Shown: positions 9,699-19,543 of the stretch, one piece after another
Numbering within the stretch: the first letter of the stretch is position 1
Layout: each line of letters starts with the position of its first letter
Origin: Deltaproteobacteria bacterium
Lineage (GTDB): Bacteria > Desulfobacterota > Dissulfuribacteria > Dissulfuribacterales > QOAL01
Assembly (NCBI GenBank): GCA_026991135.1
Contig: JALXCD010000067.1
Location: 532 to 64,531 of the forward strand
Direction: 5' to 3'
Length of the DNA: 64,000 nt
Program-made: the position numbers and the translations under genes
Notes under the pieces: generated by a model
What the model was told of the DNA's origin: nothing
The model's input: only the letters and a program-made list of their open reading frames with translations
The model's database searches: none

Positions 9699-11075
9699 TT
9701 AAAGTTGTTCATTGGTCGAGGCCTTTTTTTCTGTATCTTCACAAGAATGTGATTGTTTTTTTGAAGTTTCTTGCATTTCATTTATCCCATTAAGAGAGAA
9801 TATTTTTGAGATCATCACAAGTGCCTCTTCCTTGTTTTCGGAATTTCCCTTTTTCAAAAAGATTATAGGGTCATGAAGTATTTTGCTTACCAGAGACTGG
9901 GTCAGCTTTTCTATGGCCTTAAGCTCTTTTTCATCAAGGTTTTTAAGGTTTTTTAATGTCTTTGTTAGCTCTTTTTTTCTGATTGATTCTGCCTTTTCCT
10001 GTAAACCTCTTATAACTGGAACAATATCAAGTGAACTTAGCCAGGATTTGAACTTAATTATCTCAGAATCAATTATCCTTTCTGCCTTTACTGCCTCTTT
10101 TTGACGTTCGGCCTTATTTTCTTCAACTACTTCCTTTAGCTCATCAATATCAAACACATAGCAGTTTTCAATGTCATTTATCTCTGGATCCACATCTCGT
10201 GGAACTGCAATGTCAATAAAAAAGAGCAGTCTGTGGCGTCTAGGTCTCATTATTTTTTGAATCTGTTCTTTTTTAACCACAAAGCCTGGGGCACCAGTGG
10301 AACTAATTACAATATCAACGTCTATAAGGGCATCTTCTACCTCAGCCAAAGATATGGCCTCGCCTCCCAGGGTTTTGGATAGCTCTATTGCACGTTCAAG
10401 GGTCCTGTTGGCCACCTTTAGTTCTGAGATGCCATTTGTTATTAGGTGCTGTGCTGCAAGCTCGGCCATCTCACCCGCACCGATAAGCATGGCACTTTTT
10501 CCAGAGAGGTCTCCAAATATCTTTTTGGCAAGTTCAACTGCTGCATAGCTAATGGAAACAGCTTGGCTTGCAATACGGGTTTCTGTGCGGATTTTTTTGG
10601 CCACTGAAAAGGCCTTATGCATGAGTTTGTTTAGTATTTGACCCGAACATCCTAGCTCGTGGGCTGTCCTATATGCACTTTTTAGTTGGCCAAGGATCTG
10701 TGGCTCTCCAACGACCATGGAATCAAGGCTTGATGCAACCCTGAAGACATGCCTTATTGCTTCCTCCCCTTTGTAAGTATAAGTGCTTTTTAAAAAATTT
10801 TCCGTGGGAACCTGTGCCACCTTGGTCCAGATATCAATAATTTCATCCCTAGCACTGGAATAGTCCTTTACACCTGCAATGACCTCTACCCGATTACAGG
10901 TTGAGAGAAATACCACTTCCCTCACAGAGGGTAATTCCCAAAAAAGCTTTATTGGAGGATTCTCCATTTGGTTTAAGGCAAGCCTCTCCCTTACCTCAAC
11001 AGGTGCTGTTTTGTGGTTTACTCCAATAACTAATATCTCTTTTGAAGGCATATCAAGAGGCATAGGAATGTGCAC
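9699..11075 (-). CDS. hemA: glutamyl-tRNA reductase
   Basis: 'VIGVNHKTAPVEVRE', 'LSTCNRVE' (catalytic Cys) and the NADPH site 'LIGAGEMAE'. The start may be an internal Met (11063 or 11051). Has a roughly 40-aa C-terminal extension. Confidence 0.9.
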   Translation of the reverse strand: MHIPMPLDMPSKEILVIGVNHKTAPVEVRERLALNQMENPPIKLFWELPSVREVVFLSTCNRVEVIAGVKDYSSARDEIIDIWTKVAQVPTENFLKSTYTYKGEEAIRHVFRVASSLDSMVVGEPQILGQLKSAYRTAHELGCSGQILNKLMHKAFSVAKKIRTETRIASQAVSISYAAVELAKKIFGDLSGKSAMLIGAGEMAELAAQHLITNGISELKVANRTLERAIELSKTLGGEAISLAEVEDALIDVDIVISSTGAPGFVVKKEQIQKIMRPRRHRLLFFIDIAVPRDVDPEINDIENCYVFDIDELKEVVEENKAERQKEAVKAERIIDSEIIKFKSWLSSLDIVPVIRGLQEKAESIRKKELTKTLKNLKNLDEKELKAIEKLTQSLVSKILHDPIIFLKKGNSENKEEALVMISKIFSLNGINEMQETSKKQSHSCEDTEKKASTNEQL

Positions 11076-11871
11076 CAGGAAGAAAATAGGTTACTCCAAT
11101 AAAGGTAAATAAAAGGGCCAAAAATCCAATTATGGTCATATATGCACTTCTTTTGCCACGCCAACCTACAGTGAGCCGTTGGTGCAAAAGCGCAGCATAA
11201 AGGAGCCATGTGATGAGGGACCAGGTTTCCTTTGGATCCCAACTCCAGTAAGCTCCCCAGGCCTTTTCTGCCCAGATGGAACCTGTAATTATTCCAAGGG
11301 TTAAAAAGGGAAACCCTATCTTAAGACATTTTTCAGCCATGGTGTCAAGGGTTTGAAGAGACGGAAGCCTTTTAAAAATTGCTCCGAGACGCTTTTTCTT
11401 TATTTGCCTCTCCTGAATTAGATACATAATAGATATGCAAAAGGACATGGTCAAAAGGGCGTAGGAAATAAGGCTTATGGAGGCATGAATAGGCAACCAG
11501 TAGCTTTGAAGTACAGGTGGAAGAGGTAATATCTTTTTAGGCTGTATAACTGAAAGTACAGTTACGAGGGTGATAATTGGACTAATAAAGGCCCCAAGGG
11601 CTTTAAGTTTGTGTCCCATCTGAAATAGTAAAAAGGCAAGGCATAGTGCCCAAGCCAAAAAGGAAAAGACCTCATGAAAACTGACTATTGGAGGGTGTCC
11701 TGTTGATATCCATCGAAGTAGAATGCTCAAGGTGTGGATAAAAAGACCTGCCAAGAGGAAGTAGGTTGCAAATCTTTCAACATCCTTTCTAAGGGTTATA
11801 AGATTAACCAGAAAACCAGCAGTAGCCAAAATATAGGCTATCAAGGTCAAGTGGAGCAGAAATTCAGTCAT
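11053..11871 (-). CDS. CcsA/HemX-like haem-handling membrane protein
   Basis: Tryptophan-rich motif 'WGAYWSWDPKETWSLITW' (WWD). 8 predicted TM helices. Placed between hemA and sirC. Confidence 0.75.
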   Translation of the reverse strand: MTEFLLHLTLIAYILATAGFLVNLITLRKDVERFATYFLLAGLFIHTLSILLRWISTGHPPIVSFHEVFSFLAWALCLAFLLFQMGHKLKALGAFISPIITLVTVLSVIQPKKILPLPPVLQSYWLPIHASISLISYALLTMSFCISIMYLIQERQIKKKRLGAIFKRLPSLQTLDTMAEKCLKIGFPFLTLGIITGSIWAEKAWGAYWSWDPKETWSLITWLLYAALLHQRLTVGWRGKRSAYMTIIGFLALLFTFIGVTYFLPGAHSYAS

Positions 11872-12556
11872 TTTCTCCTAAAACGTTTTTCAGATTATTT
11901 ATATCTTCAGCACAAATTTCTTTGGCCCATCTAAGGATTCTGGCCTGATCGTTTTCTTTTATCCATTTTATACAGTCAAAATTTATGAGCCCTTCCAATC
12001 TCTTTTTCTTTTCATCTCCTTTAAATTTTTTGATAATTATTTTTCTTAGGTACCCAATTAACGAAAGATAAGTGCTCCATTCAGGGTCAAATTCATCCTG
12101 AAGCCTTTTTCTTAAGGCCCTTGAAAGACCAGGGCTTTTGCCAGATGTTGATATTGCAATAGAAAGATCCCCTCTTTTTACCACTGATGGGACTATAAAA
12201 CTGCAAAGTTCAGGCCTATCCACTACATTACAAAAACAGTTGTTCTTACATGCCTCTTCATAGACCTTTTTCTGAGTTGAAACATCATCAGTTGCCGCAA
12301 TAACAAGCCATGCCCCTTTTAGATCCCCTGATTCATACCTTCGGGCCCTATAGGAAATGGCCCCTTTTTTAAAAAGTTCATTTAGGTCGCTGGTGATATT
12401 TGGACTTATAAGTTCAATTTTAGCCTTTGATGGCAAAAGGGCCTTGACCTTTCTTTCAGAAACCTTGCCTCCTCCTATTATTACAACCTTTTTGCCTTCA
12501 AGATTGCAAAAAATAGGTACATAAAAGGGTGTCTTATCGTTTTGAATTTGATACAT
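11864..12556 (-). CDS. precorrin-2 dehydrogenase / sirohydrochlorin ferrochelatase (SirC/CysG N-terminal type)
   Basis: Rossmann motif 'VVIIGGGKVSERKVKALL'. About 230 aa, as expected for SirC/Met8-like proteins. Confidence 0.75.
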   Translation of the reverse strand: MYQIQNDKTPFYVPIFCNLEGKKVVIIGGGKVSERKVKALLPSKAKIELISPNITSDLNELFKKGAISYRARRYESGDLKGAWLVIAATDDVSTQKKVYEEACKNNCFCNVVDRPELCSFIVPSVVKRGDLSIAISTSGKSPGLSRALRKRLQDEFDPEWSTYLSLIGYLRKIIIKKFKGDEKKKRLEGLINFDCIKWIKENDQARILRWAKEICAEDINNLKNVLGEND

Positions 12557-12620
12557 GGGACTATGATAGCAACAGGGTTCTTTTGAGGCAATGTCTCAAG
12601 GGGTAATTCATGGATGGATG

Positions 12621-13244
12621 CTACTTGTTGTTTTTCTCCCGAGCCTTCATGATGGCCTTTAGAAAGGGGTTTTCATCACCTTTCATATTGGTGGGGAATT
12701 TGAATATTTGAGGACGTTTTGAATGTTTTTTATCCTTTTTTTTCTTCTTGGAATGAGTGGAAGAAGAATGTGAAATTGCCGATTTTGGCCTTGGAGTTGC
12801 CATAGCAACTGGTCTTGAAGAGCTTCTTTCCTTTTTGTTAGTTCCAAATACCTTCAAAAAAGCCTTTTCCTTGCCACGGAAAAAAAAGACTCCATCATCT
12901 GTGATATCTTCAACCTTCCAGCCATCTACAAGATCTCCTATGCTAACCTTTCTGTATTCCTTATCCTTGGAGCTTAAGGGTTTTAAAAAAGCCTTCTTTT
13001 TAGAGCCTGAAATTATAACCCCATAAATTGCATAATCCTTTTCAAGTTCTGAACTAGATGCGGCTCCATTGGAGTCATCTGCTGTTTTTTCCCCATTTCC
13101 CCTATCAGGGTCAAAGGGATTCTTTTCTATGATGATATTATATCTATAGTTTGCCCCAATGGCCTTGGGATTGAAGTAAAAAAAGCCCAAAAGGGCTAGG
13201 GAAAGTGAAACTACACTAATAGTTACCCATTTCCCCACTTTCAT
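12621..13244 (-). CDS. GspC/PilP-like periplasmic protein (single TM helix + HR-like beta domain, Lys-rich tail)
   Basis: The ORF extends to 13334; I prefer the Met at 13244 ('MKVGKWVTISVVSLSLALLGFF'). 'YGVIISGSKKKAFLKP...VSIGDLVDGWKVEDITDDGVFF' resembles the GspC HR / PilP fold pattern. It is the last gene of the gsp cluster. Confidence 0.4.
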   Translation of the reverse strand: MKVGKWVTISVVSLSLALLGFFYFNPKAIGANYRYNIIIEKNPFDPDRGNGEKTADDSNGAASSSELEKDYAIYGVIISGSKKKAFLKPLSSKDKEYRKVSIGDLVDGWKVEDITDDGVFFFRGKEKAFLKVFGTNKKERSSSRPVAMATPRPKSAISHSSSTHSKKKKKDKKHSKRPQIFKFPTNMKGDENPFLKAIMKAREKNNK

Positions 13245-15267
13245 CTTGGATGGGGTTATTCGATCTTTTTTCATTTTCTCTAAGTATTCTCTTTTCTTCA
13301 AGCATCCTTTTAAGGCTATGGACCTTTGTAGCAAATTCTCTCGTTATGCGGTCCGCCTCAGCTCGTGTGCGAATTACATGAGGAGTTAAGATAAAAATCA
13401 ATTCCTTTTTTTCCTTTTTTGTCCCCTTTGAGCCAAAAAGATAACCAAGAACAGGAATATCTTTAAGGACGGGTATTCCTGAGTGGACCTCAGTATATTG
13501 GGTGCTCATGAGACCGCCCATAAGAATATGCTGTCCATCTCGTGCTATGATATAGGTGGTTGCCTTTCTGTTGGTGATTCTTGGCGATGTAATTCCGGCT
13601 GTGGCCTGATCATTTACCTTGCTGACTTCTTGGGTGACTTCCATTCTTACAAGGCCACTATCGTTTATAAAGGGTTTTACTTGTAGGATAATACCTGTCT
13701 TTCGATATTGTACACCCTGGGTCTTTACTCCTCCTGAGGAGATGGTTGATTCCGATAAGGTAGGTACGTCTTCACCAATCTCAATGCGGGCTTCCTGGTT
13801 GTCAGCGGCAATGATGTTAGGGGCAGAAAGGATGTCAACATCTGTATTTTCAGCAAGAAGATGTATAAGTGCCCTTAGGGTTCCATCTCCATCATAGAGG
13901 GCGTAGGTAAAACCTGGGAAACCCTTTCCAAGGGACGTGTCTTGAGTAATAAATTTTCCAGCATCAAGCATCATGTTGGCATTATAGGGGGATCCGCTGA
14001 TGTTTATCCCTTTATTTTCTATAAACCACTCAACTCCATATTTTACATCATTAGTTAGAGATACCTCTGCAATGAGGACTTCAATGAGAACCTGTCTAGG
14101 AACAATGTCAAGCTTTTTTAAGACATCTCTAATAATTGCATAATCCTTTGGTCTTGCTTTAAAAATCAGGGAGTTATTTGTTTCATCGGCTATGATTTTA
14201 ACCTCTCCAGAAAGCTCGCCAGTTGATACTGATTTTTGGTCTTTCTTTTTGACCTCTTTCCTTACAAGTACACGTCTATTCTTGGAACTTGAAGAAGCTT
14301 CCCCATAAAGTTCATTTAAAATTTCTGCAAGTTCTTTTGCCTTGCCATTTTGCACAAAATAGACATACACTTTGCTTCCGCTTCCAAGTTGCCCCTGGTC
14401 CAGCTCGTGAACCCATCTTGCCACTTGATCCATGACCTTTTTCCATCGTGTAACCACCAAAAGGGCATTCAAGGTCTTTAAGGGTATGATTTTTATTCCT
14501 GTAGTGTCAATTCCAGGTCTTTTATAGAGGATGCGGGCAGAGAATATGCTTTCAAGATCCTTGGCAAGATTTTCTATATCAGCATTTTCCAAGGTGAAAA
14601 GTTTCCAATAGACATTCTTAAATATGTTTTCATCAAGGATTGACAGAACCTTGCTGACCTTGGCCACATTTTCTGCAGTATCGGAAATGATAATGCTGTT
14701 GCTGCTTGTGACTGGGATAAGAACTGCACCTGGGGACACCAGGTTTCTCAGGTTGCTTACAGCATGGACCGCAGAAAGATACTCGAGCTGAATAACCCTT
14801 ATCACATCCCCTGGCCTTTGTGGAGGAACCTTCGTTTCCACATAGCCTCCAAGCTTCGGGCTATTGGCCTTTCTGACCACCTTGTATAATCCATGAACTC
14901 CTGGAGTTATAGCAAGGCCCTGCATTTGAAGTACAGAGTTGATGAGGTCAAGGAGTTCCTTTTTGCTATATCTCCCCTTAATATGAACAGATATAGTTCC
15001 TTTTATGGCAGGTTCTACCACAAAGTTCAGACCAAGAATGTCGCCAAGAAGTTGATCTAGGACAGGGTAAATGTCCATATTATCTAGGGAGATTTCAATA
15101 TCCCTCTTTTCCCCAGGCTTGGCCCCCTTGTATGGAGAAATTATAAGAGGAGGGCCATCTTCCTTATCTTGAGGTCTAGCTGTATTTTGTGAAAAGCCGT
15201 TTCCCACTAGACAAATGGTCAATAATAAAGCTATGCTTCCTATGATTATACTTTTGTTTCCTTTCAT
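13216..15267 (-). CDS. gspD: type II secretion system secretin
   Basis: Signal peptide, N-domains, and a C-terminal secretin core ('GGLMSTQYTEVHSGIPVLKDIPVLGYLFG'). Confidence 0.85.
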   Translation of the reverse strand: MKGNKSIIIGSIALLLTICLVGNGFSQNTARPQDKEDGPPLIISPYKGAKPGEKRDIEISLDNMDIYPVLDQLLGDILGLNFVVEPAIKGTISVHIKGRYSKKELLDLINSVLQMQGLAITPGVHGLYKVVRKANSPKLGGYVETKVPPQRPGDVIRVIQLEYLSAVHAVSNLRNLVSPGAVLIPVTSSNSIIISDTAENVAKVSKVLSILDENIFKNVYWKLFTLENADIENLAKDLESIFSARILYKRPGIDTTGIKIIPLKTLNALLVVTRWKKVMDQVARWVHELDQGQLGSGSKVYVYFVQNGKAKELAEILNELYGEASSSSKNRRVLVRKEVKKKDQKSVSTGELSGEVKIIADETNNSLIFKARPKDYAIIRDVLKKLDIVPRQVLIEVLIAEVSLTNDVKYGVEWFIENKGINISGSPYNANMMLDAGKFITQDTSLGKGFPGFTYALYDGDGTLRALIHLLAENTDVDILSAPNIIAADNQEARIEIGEDVPTLSESTISSGGVKTQGVQYRKTGIILQVKPFINDSGLVRMEVTQEVSKVNDQATAGITSPRITNRKATTYIIARDGQHILMGGLMSTQYTEVHSGIPVLKDIPVLGYLFGSKGTKKEKKELIFILTPHVIRTRAEADRITREFATKVHSLKRMLEEKRILRENEKRSNNPIQDESGEMGNY

Positions 15268-15836
15268 TGGTTTGCCCTATCTCCCAAAAATAGTGCTTCT
15301 ACTTCAAGATTTACTCTAAGTTCTTTTTCCTTACCCCTCATAGTTGATACATTTATGTTGTTTATCCTTTGAAGCCTTTTGTCAGAATAAAAGTCTTCCA
15401 AGAAATGTACCAATTTTACTATATTTGTTTTTAGATTAAAAATTGCCACAGCAAGTTTATAACTTCTCCATTTCCTTGGCCTACCGCTTCTATAGACAAG
15501 GACATTTATGTCATTCTTAGATGCCTTTTTTAAAAACGAATCCTGGATATTTGTAGCAACCATTTGTATAGTGTCTCCTGGTACAAGGCGTCCTTTTAGC
15601 TGTTCCAATTTCTTTTTCTCAAGGGAAAGGGTTTGATCTATATTTTTTAGACGGTTTATTCTCCTTTTTAACCGACCTATTTTTAATTCTTGGGCCTCAA
15701 TAGTAGTCTTTTGAAGCTCAATACGTGATTCTATTGGCGAATACATGAGGGCATACCAGGCAATAAAAAAAATTAAAAGGGCGCCATATCTTACTAGAGG
15801 AGGCTGTCTTTTAAGGTTTAAAAAGGAGAGGTCCAT
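15264..15836 (-). CDS. GspM/PilO-like bitopic inner-membrane protein
   Basis: Single N-terminal TM helix, a coiled coil, then a small C-terminal domain. Positioned between the gspL-like gene and gspD. It overlaps gspD by 4 nt. Confidence 0.45.
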   Translation of the reverse strand: MDLSFLNLKRQPPLVRYGALLIFFIAWYALMYSPIESRIELQKTTIEAQELKIGRLKRRINRLKNIDQTLSLEKKKLEQLKGRLVPGDTIQMVATNIQDSFLKKASKNDINVLVYRSGRPRKWRSYKLAVAIFNLKTNIVKLVHFLEDFYSDKRLQRINNINVSTMRGKEKELRVNLEVEALFLGDRANQ

Positions 15837-15868
15837 AGTCAGTATTATTATTAATAATGATTAATGGT

Positions 15869-17173
15869 TCATTTTAATGTTAATTCTACAGTATATCTCT
15901 CTTGTCCATTCCTGTTTTTTGTGACTGGGGAGGCAAGTTTTACCTGGGAAAAGAGTCTGCTTTTCCGCCATGCCTCCATGGTTTGAACTGCATAACCTCC
16001 TTCTGCAGAGATGCGTAGTTTATTGTCTCTTAAGGTTAAATATTTTATCCATGCATTTTTAGGGGTCTTTTCTGCAAGTTCCTTTAAGACATCAAGGAAA
16101 TTAGGCCTTTCCTTTAAAAATGCCTTGAGATCACCTTGAAGGGCCCTAATCTTTTGAAGTTCTTCATCCTTCGATTTTAGTGGCTTATATTTTTTTTCAA
16201 GAACAGTAATTACTTCTTGATTTTTTTTTGCAGTAAAACCTAGCTTTGTAAGTTTAAAAAGTCTTAGTCCAGAAAAGGCAAAAAGTATAGTTATTAGCCC
16301 TACAAGCAAGATCTGATAGGTATCAATTCTAAGAGATAGAGGCCTTTTCCGTGGCCCTGGTTTAAAGGATATTTGGGGATAGGAGGAAGTTCCAAGGATT
16401 GATGCAGAAAGGCCTAGGGTCCACTTTTTTATACCAAGTATGTCTGAATTTTCAAATTTTGGCAGGCCCTTAAGCAAAAGTTTTTGATCCAATGTGTCAC
16501 CAAGACCTTTTTCAAGGGGTATTACAGGTGTATTTTCTCCGTATTTAGCAGTAATAACGTCAAGGTTATTTAGAAAATGGCTTCCTTCCCAAAAAGAAGG
16601 GCCATGGAGATTTACAACTATTTTTTCCTCTTCCCTTTGAAGGCTTATGCATGGGAAGGACATCTCTGATAGCTTTCTGAGGAGTATGTCTGTACCAAGT
16701 GAACAAGGGCTTATACAGAAAAGGCTCTTTTGATGGCCTGTATTTTTTATTTCTTCTAAAATGGAATCAATAAAGGGTCGTTTACAATAGGCGAGAAGTA
16801 CCCTTGATATGCCATTTCTTTCATAGGAAAAACAGTCATAATATATCTTTTCGGGGGGAATGTGAGAATGGACGTTTATTGATATTTTTACTGCATTTTC
16901 AGCCTCTTCTGGGGTGAGGCCGGGAAATTTTAATTCTCTTAAGTAATATTTGGTCCTTGGAATGGCTATAGTGATTATTCTAGATCGCTTTGGACTGATT
17001 TGTGCTAAAAGCCCCCTAAGCCTTTCTGCATCGTTTTTTCCAGGTACTTTCGTAAATAAAGGGGGGGTTGATCTTTCCCATCCTTTAAAAGACCTTTTTA
17101 GTAATTCATACTCGATCTGGTGTTCACCAAGATAGATGCCTAGAATTTCCTTTTTAAGCACTATGCACCTCAA
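15869..17173 (-). CDS. GspL-like (PilM/PilN-type fusion) assembly protein
   Basis: 434 aa with a cytoplasmic actin-like N-part, one TM helix ('ILLVGLITILFAFSGL') and a periplasmic C-part. Position is as expected for gspL. Confidence 0.45.
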   Translation of the reverse strand: MRCIVLKKEILGIYLGEHQIEYELLKRSFKGWERSTPPLFTKVPGKNDAERLRGLLAQISPKRSRIITIAIPRTKYYLRELKFPGLTPEEAENAVKISINVHSHIPPEKIYYDCFSYERNGISRVLLAYCKRPFIDSILEEIKNTGHQKSLFCISPCSLGTDILLRKLSEMSFPCISLQREEEKIVVNLHGPSFWEGSHFLNNLDVITAKYGENTPVIPLEKGLGDTLDQKLLLKGLPKFENSDILGIKKWTLGLSASILGTSSYPQISFKPGPRKRPLSLRIDTYQILLVGLITILFAFSGLRLFKLTKLGFTAKKNQEVITVLEKKYKPLKSKDEELQKIRALQGDLKAFLKERPNFLDVLKELAEKTPKNAWIKYLTLRDNKLRISAEGGYAVQTMEAWRKSRLFSQVKLASPVTKNRNGQERYTVELTLK

Positions 17174-17186
17174 GTAGGTATTAGGG

Positions 17187-18038
17187 TTAAATTCTTGGTG
17201 CCTGTCCCCAGTAAACCAGCCTGAATCCTAACTTGCTTCCAGTTTCCTTTTTAAAAAATATTTGATAACAGCTTTGATAGGCACAAGCCTTAAAACGCAA
17301 GGTGCCTAATCCATTTGCTTCTTTAAAATATTCTTTTTCTAATATGTCAATAAGTGGCTTGGGAGCTGCCTCTGATATCAATTTGTCAGTGCCATTATAT
17401 ATAGTAAAGAGGTCCTTAATACCACCTGTCCAGGTAGTCATTTCTTTTTCGTCATCTCTTTCCTTCCAATCCAAGGGTCCCCAATAAAGATCTGGGCTTA
17501 CCCCTCTTACTAGAAGAAGTTGATCAAGAAGTATAAATTTACTGTCTGATGGTTCATAAGAAGGCCTTAAAGACAAATAATAGTCCTTTTCAGCTCCATT
17601 TGTCCTTTCATCTTGGTCGTTGTCTTTCCAGTCTAATATTGAATCGGAAAGGATTTCTCCCTCTTCTTTTCCTAAAAGTCCTTGAAGGGCCATTTCAATC
17701 ATTTCATCTGGGGCCTTATTCAGGTCTATTTTCCCCCGTTCATCTTCAATACTAAATTTAAGGTTCTGTCCACCAATGGAAATTTTATAATGGGTTCCAT
17801 CTGGAACAATAAATTGATCCTGATTTTCCTCTTCCTGGCCAAAAGGCTTTATATGTGGAGCAATTACCAAAAGAGCTGAATTTATGGCAAGTTTTGCCCT
17901 TAAGAGGTTCCATGGATTAAAGCCAAGGTTTCTTTTAAGGGTTGTCTCCAGGGTAAAGTAGCCTCCAATCATGGATAAAAATGCAATTACCCAGAGAACA
18001 AGTATTAATACAGCACCTTTTTGTGTCCTTAAGATCAT
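17187..18038 (-). CDS. gspK: type II secretion minor pseudopilin GspK
   Basis: 'RTQKGAVLILVLWVIAFLSMIGG' is a GspK-type N-terminus. The ORF extends to 18065, but the Met at 18038 forms an ATGA overlap with the gspJ stop. Confidence 0.65.
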   Translation of the reverse strand: MILRTQKGAVLILVLWVIAFLSMIGGYFTLETTLKRNLGFNPWNLLRAKLAINSALLVIAPHIKPFGQEEENQDQFIVPDGTHYKISIGGQNLKFSIEDERGKIDLNKAPDEMIEMALQGLLGKEEGEILSDSILDWKDNDQDERTNGAEKDYYLSLRPSYEPSDSKFILLDQLLLVRGVSPDLYWGPLDWKERDDEKEMTTWTGGIKDLFTIYNGTDKLISEAAPKPLIDILEKEYFKEANGLGTLRFKACAYQSCYQIFFKKETGSKLGFRLVYWGQAPRI

Positions 18039-18691
18039 AGTATCCCTACAGGAATCACATGCCAATTTTGTTCAAATTTTTGGTCCTTAAATTTTATCTT
18101 GATGGCGATTTCACTGGGAATCGGGCCAAAACCTGGATGTTCCTTTGGCCAATCGGAAACATCCACATTCTCATCAAGAAGAGGAGGTCTAAAGGCGAAC
18201 TCGAGCTCTTCTATCCCCTTTATCTCATCAATTATCCATCCTTCGTCCAATAATTTTTGGGGGTGTTGGCCTAAGAAATCCTTTGAGATTTTTTGTTTAA
18301 GGTCAAAGGGCTTGGTTAGTATTTTTTGAGCATAAATAATGCCCTTATTTTCATCATCGTAGGCATAGATCACCTGAATAACTCCCCCTTGAGAAAGGCC
18401 TGATGGGGAATAGGTGGTGGTAAAGGAAATCATGTCCGAATCACCAAAGAAATAGGAAAAGCCAGATAGTGCAGAGCCTGTTTTTTCAACAATGTTTTCA
18501 AGTTGTCTATAAAGAAGGCCTTCAATTGCAGCCTCTGGAAAGAAATTTTCGTTTCCAGCCTTTATTCTTGTATAGGCATTTATTCCGCTTCTTAATGCCA
18601 GGGACAGGACAACAATCAAAAGTGCCATGAGTGTGATGGAAACTAGTACTTCAAGGAGTGTAAAGCCTTCTATAGAGCCTTTTTTTTTCAT
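18035..18691 (-). CDS. gspJ: type II secretion minor pseudopilin GspJ
   Basis: Prepilin motif 'G/FTLLEVLVS'. Size and position match gspJ. Confidence 0.65.
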   Translation of the reverse strand: MKKKGSIEGFTLLEVLVSITLMALLIVVLSLALRSGINAYTRIKAGNENFFPEAAIEGLLYRQLENIVEKTGSALSGFSYFFGDSDMISFTTTYSPSGLSQGGVIQVIYAYDDENKGIIYAQKILTKPFDLKQKISKDFLGQHPQKLLDEGWIIDEIKGIEELEFAFRPPLLDENVDVSDWPKEHPGFGPIPSEIAIKIKFKDQKFEQNWHVIPVGIL

Positions 18692-19107
18692 AGCCCCTTT
18701 ATCTTGTTTTTATCTATCCAGAAGTTCAAAACAAACGCTCTTTTTCCACTAGGTGTAAGGAGCTTTAATACAATTTCCCTAGCATTTTCTGCCTTTATTT
18801 GCCTAACTTCTCCAGATGGAAGGGTTATCTTAGTCTCTACATCTCTTGTTTCAACAGAATAAGACCAGCCCTTTGCCCACTCTAGCTCCCCCGATGCTTC
18901 TTGAGGGAAGCTATTTCGTATGTTCCATGTATCGATAAGTCTTGTGGCTATCTGGGCAGCCCTTTGGGCTTCTAGCCCGCGAAAGGCCTGGGAATGTCCT
19001 TGGGCAAAAAGGGCCATGACCACGCCTATTGCTATGGCTGTTATGGCCGTTGCCACCAAGACTTCCATTAAAGTGAAACCACATTGATTAGCCAGATTTG
19101 ATTTCAT
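18688..19107 (-). CDS. gspI: type II secretion minor pseudopilin GspI
   Basis: Prepilin motif 'CG/FTLMEVLVA' follows the Met at 19107. The track ORF's N-terminal extension to 19200 lies inside gspH. Confidence 0.6.
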   Translation of the reverse strand: MKSNLANQCGFTLMEVLVATAITAIAIGVVMALFAQGHSQAFRGLEAQRAAQIATRLIDTWNIRNSFPQEASGELEWAKGWSYSVETRDVETKITLPSGEVRQIKAENAREIVLKLLTPSGKRAFVLNFWIDKNKIKGL

Positions 19108-19543
19108 GGTAGATATAGGCCCAGATGCGTCCAATGGTAAAAAGATCATTTCTTCCATTTTCCCAGTTAAGCTCAAGCTCTCCTCCACTCGAGCTTCCAT
19201 CAGGGTAAAAGGTTATAGCAAAGACACCATCTTCAAGTTCAATGATCTTATCCCCCTTTATCTCCAAAGACTTGGGAATATCCTTTAGTTTTTTTCCTTT
19301 AATTCCAAAGGCCCTTTTTTCCCCATCAATAATAAAATTGACAGGGCGTCCTGTGCCAATGGCCCTGTTTCTTGCATTTAAAAGCCCTTTTCTAAAGTCA
19401 TAAACAAATCTTTTTTCTTTACTCTTAAATATTCCGCTTGAAACCGAAATAAAGACCATTGAACTCATTAGCCCAATTAAAACAAGGACAACTATGAGCT
19501 CAAAAAGGGTGAAACCGGCCTGATTTTTAGAAGGAAACATCAT
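19088..19543 (-). CDS. gspH: type II secretion minor pseudopilin GspH
   Basis: Prepilin motif 'AG/FTLFELIVV'. 151 aa. Confidence 0.6.
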   Translation of the reverse strand: MMFPSKNQAGFTLFELIVVLVLIGLMSSMVFISVSSGIFKSKEKRFVYDFRKGLLNARNRAIGTGRPVNFIIDGEKRAFGIKGKKLKDIPKSLEIKGDKIIELEDGVFAITFYPDGSSSGGELELNWENGRNDLFTIGRIWAYIYHEIKSG